This document shows positions 1-2,204 of a stretch of DNA of 2,204 nucleotides, piece by piece. Numbering within the stretch: position 1 is the stretch's first letter; each line of letters starts with the position of its first letter. A program made the position numbers and the translations under genes. The DNA lies in assembly GCF_003334385.1 (NCBI RefSeq), contig NZ_QOWN01000101.1, one strand, 5' to 3'. The DNA comes from Escherichia coli. GTDB taxonomy: Bacteria; Pseudomonadota; Gammaproteobacteria; Enterobacterales; Enterobacteriaceae. The notes under the pieces were generated by a model. The model had not been told where the DNA came from, did no database searches, and saw only the letters and a list, made by a program, of their open reading frames with translations.

Positions 1-2204
<2,204 letters not shown>

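Overview
The entire 2204-nt window is an internal segment of a large-subunit (23S) ribosomal RNA gene on the + strand, of Enterobacteriaceae (Escherichia/Shigella-like) type. It is cut at both window edges: the 5' ~326 nt and 3' ~370 nt of the gene lie outside. Universally conserved 23S motifs are readable directly and keep a constant offset of +326 to E. coli numbering (window 1 ≈ E. coli 327, window 2204 ≈ E. coli 2530), so there are no insertions, intervening sequences or introns in this stretch. The motifs checked are G745/G748 (window 419/422), the A1067 and A1095 loops of the L11/thiostrepton site (741, 769), helix 69 (1580-1598), GGAAAGACCCC with A2058/A2059 (1732/1733), and the peptidyl-transferase central loop with A2451 (2125) and A2503-U2506 (2177-2180). 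No protein-coding gene, mobile element, CRISPR array or regulatory site is supported. All seven ORFs in the supplied track are antisense to the rRNA and are treated as artefacts. I find no evidence of a novel biological system here; the findings are low-interest functional landmarks, a susceptible rRNA genotype, and a few possible single-nucleotide variants that need alignment to confirm.
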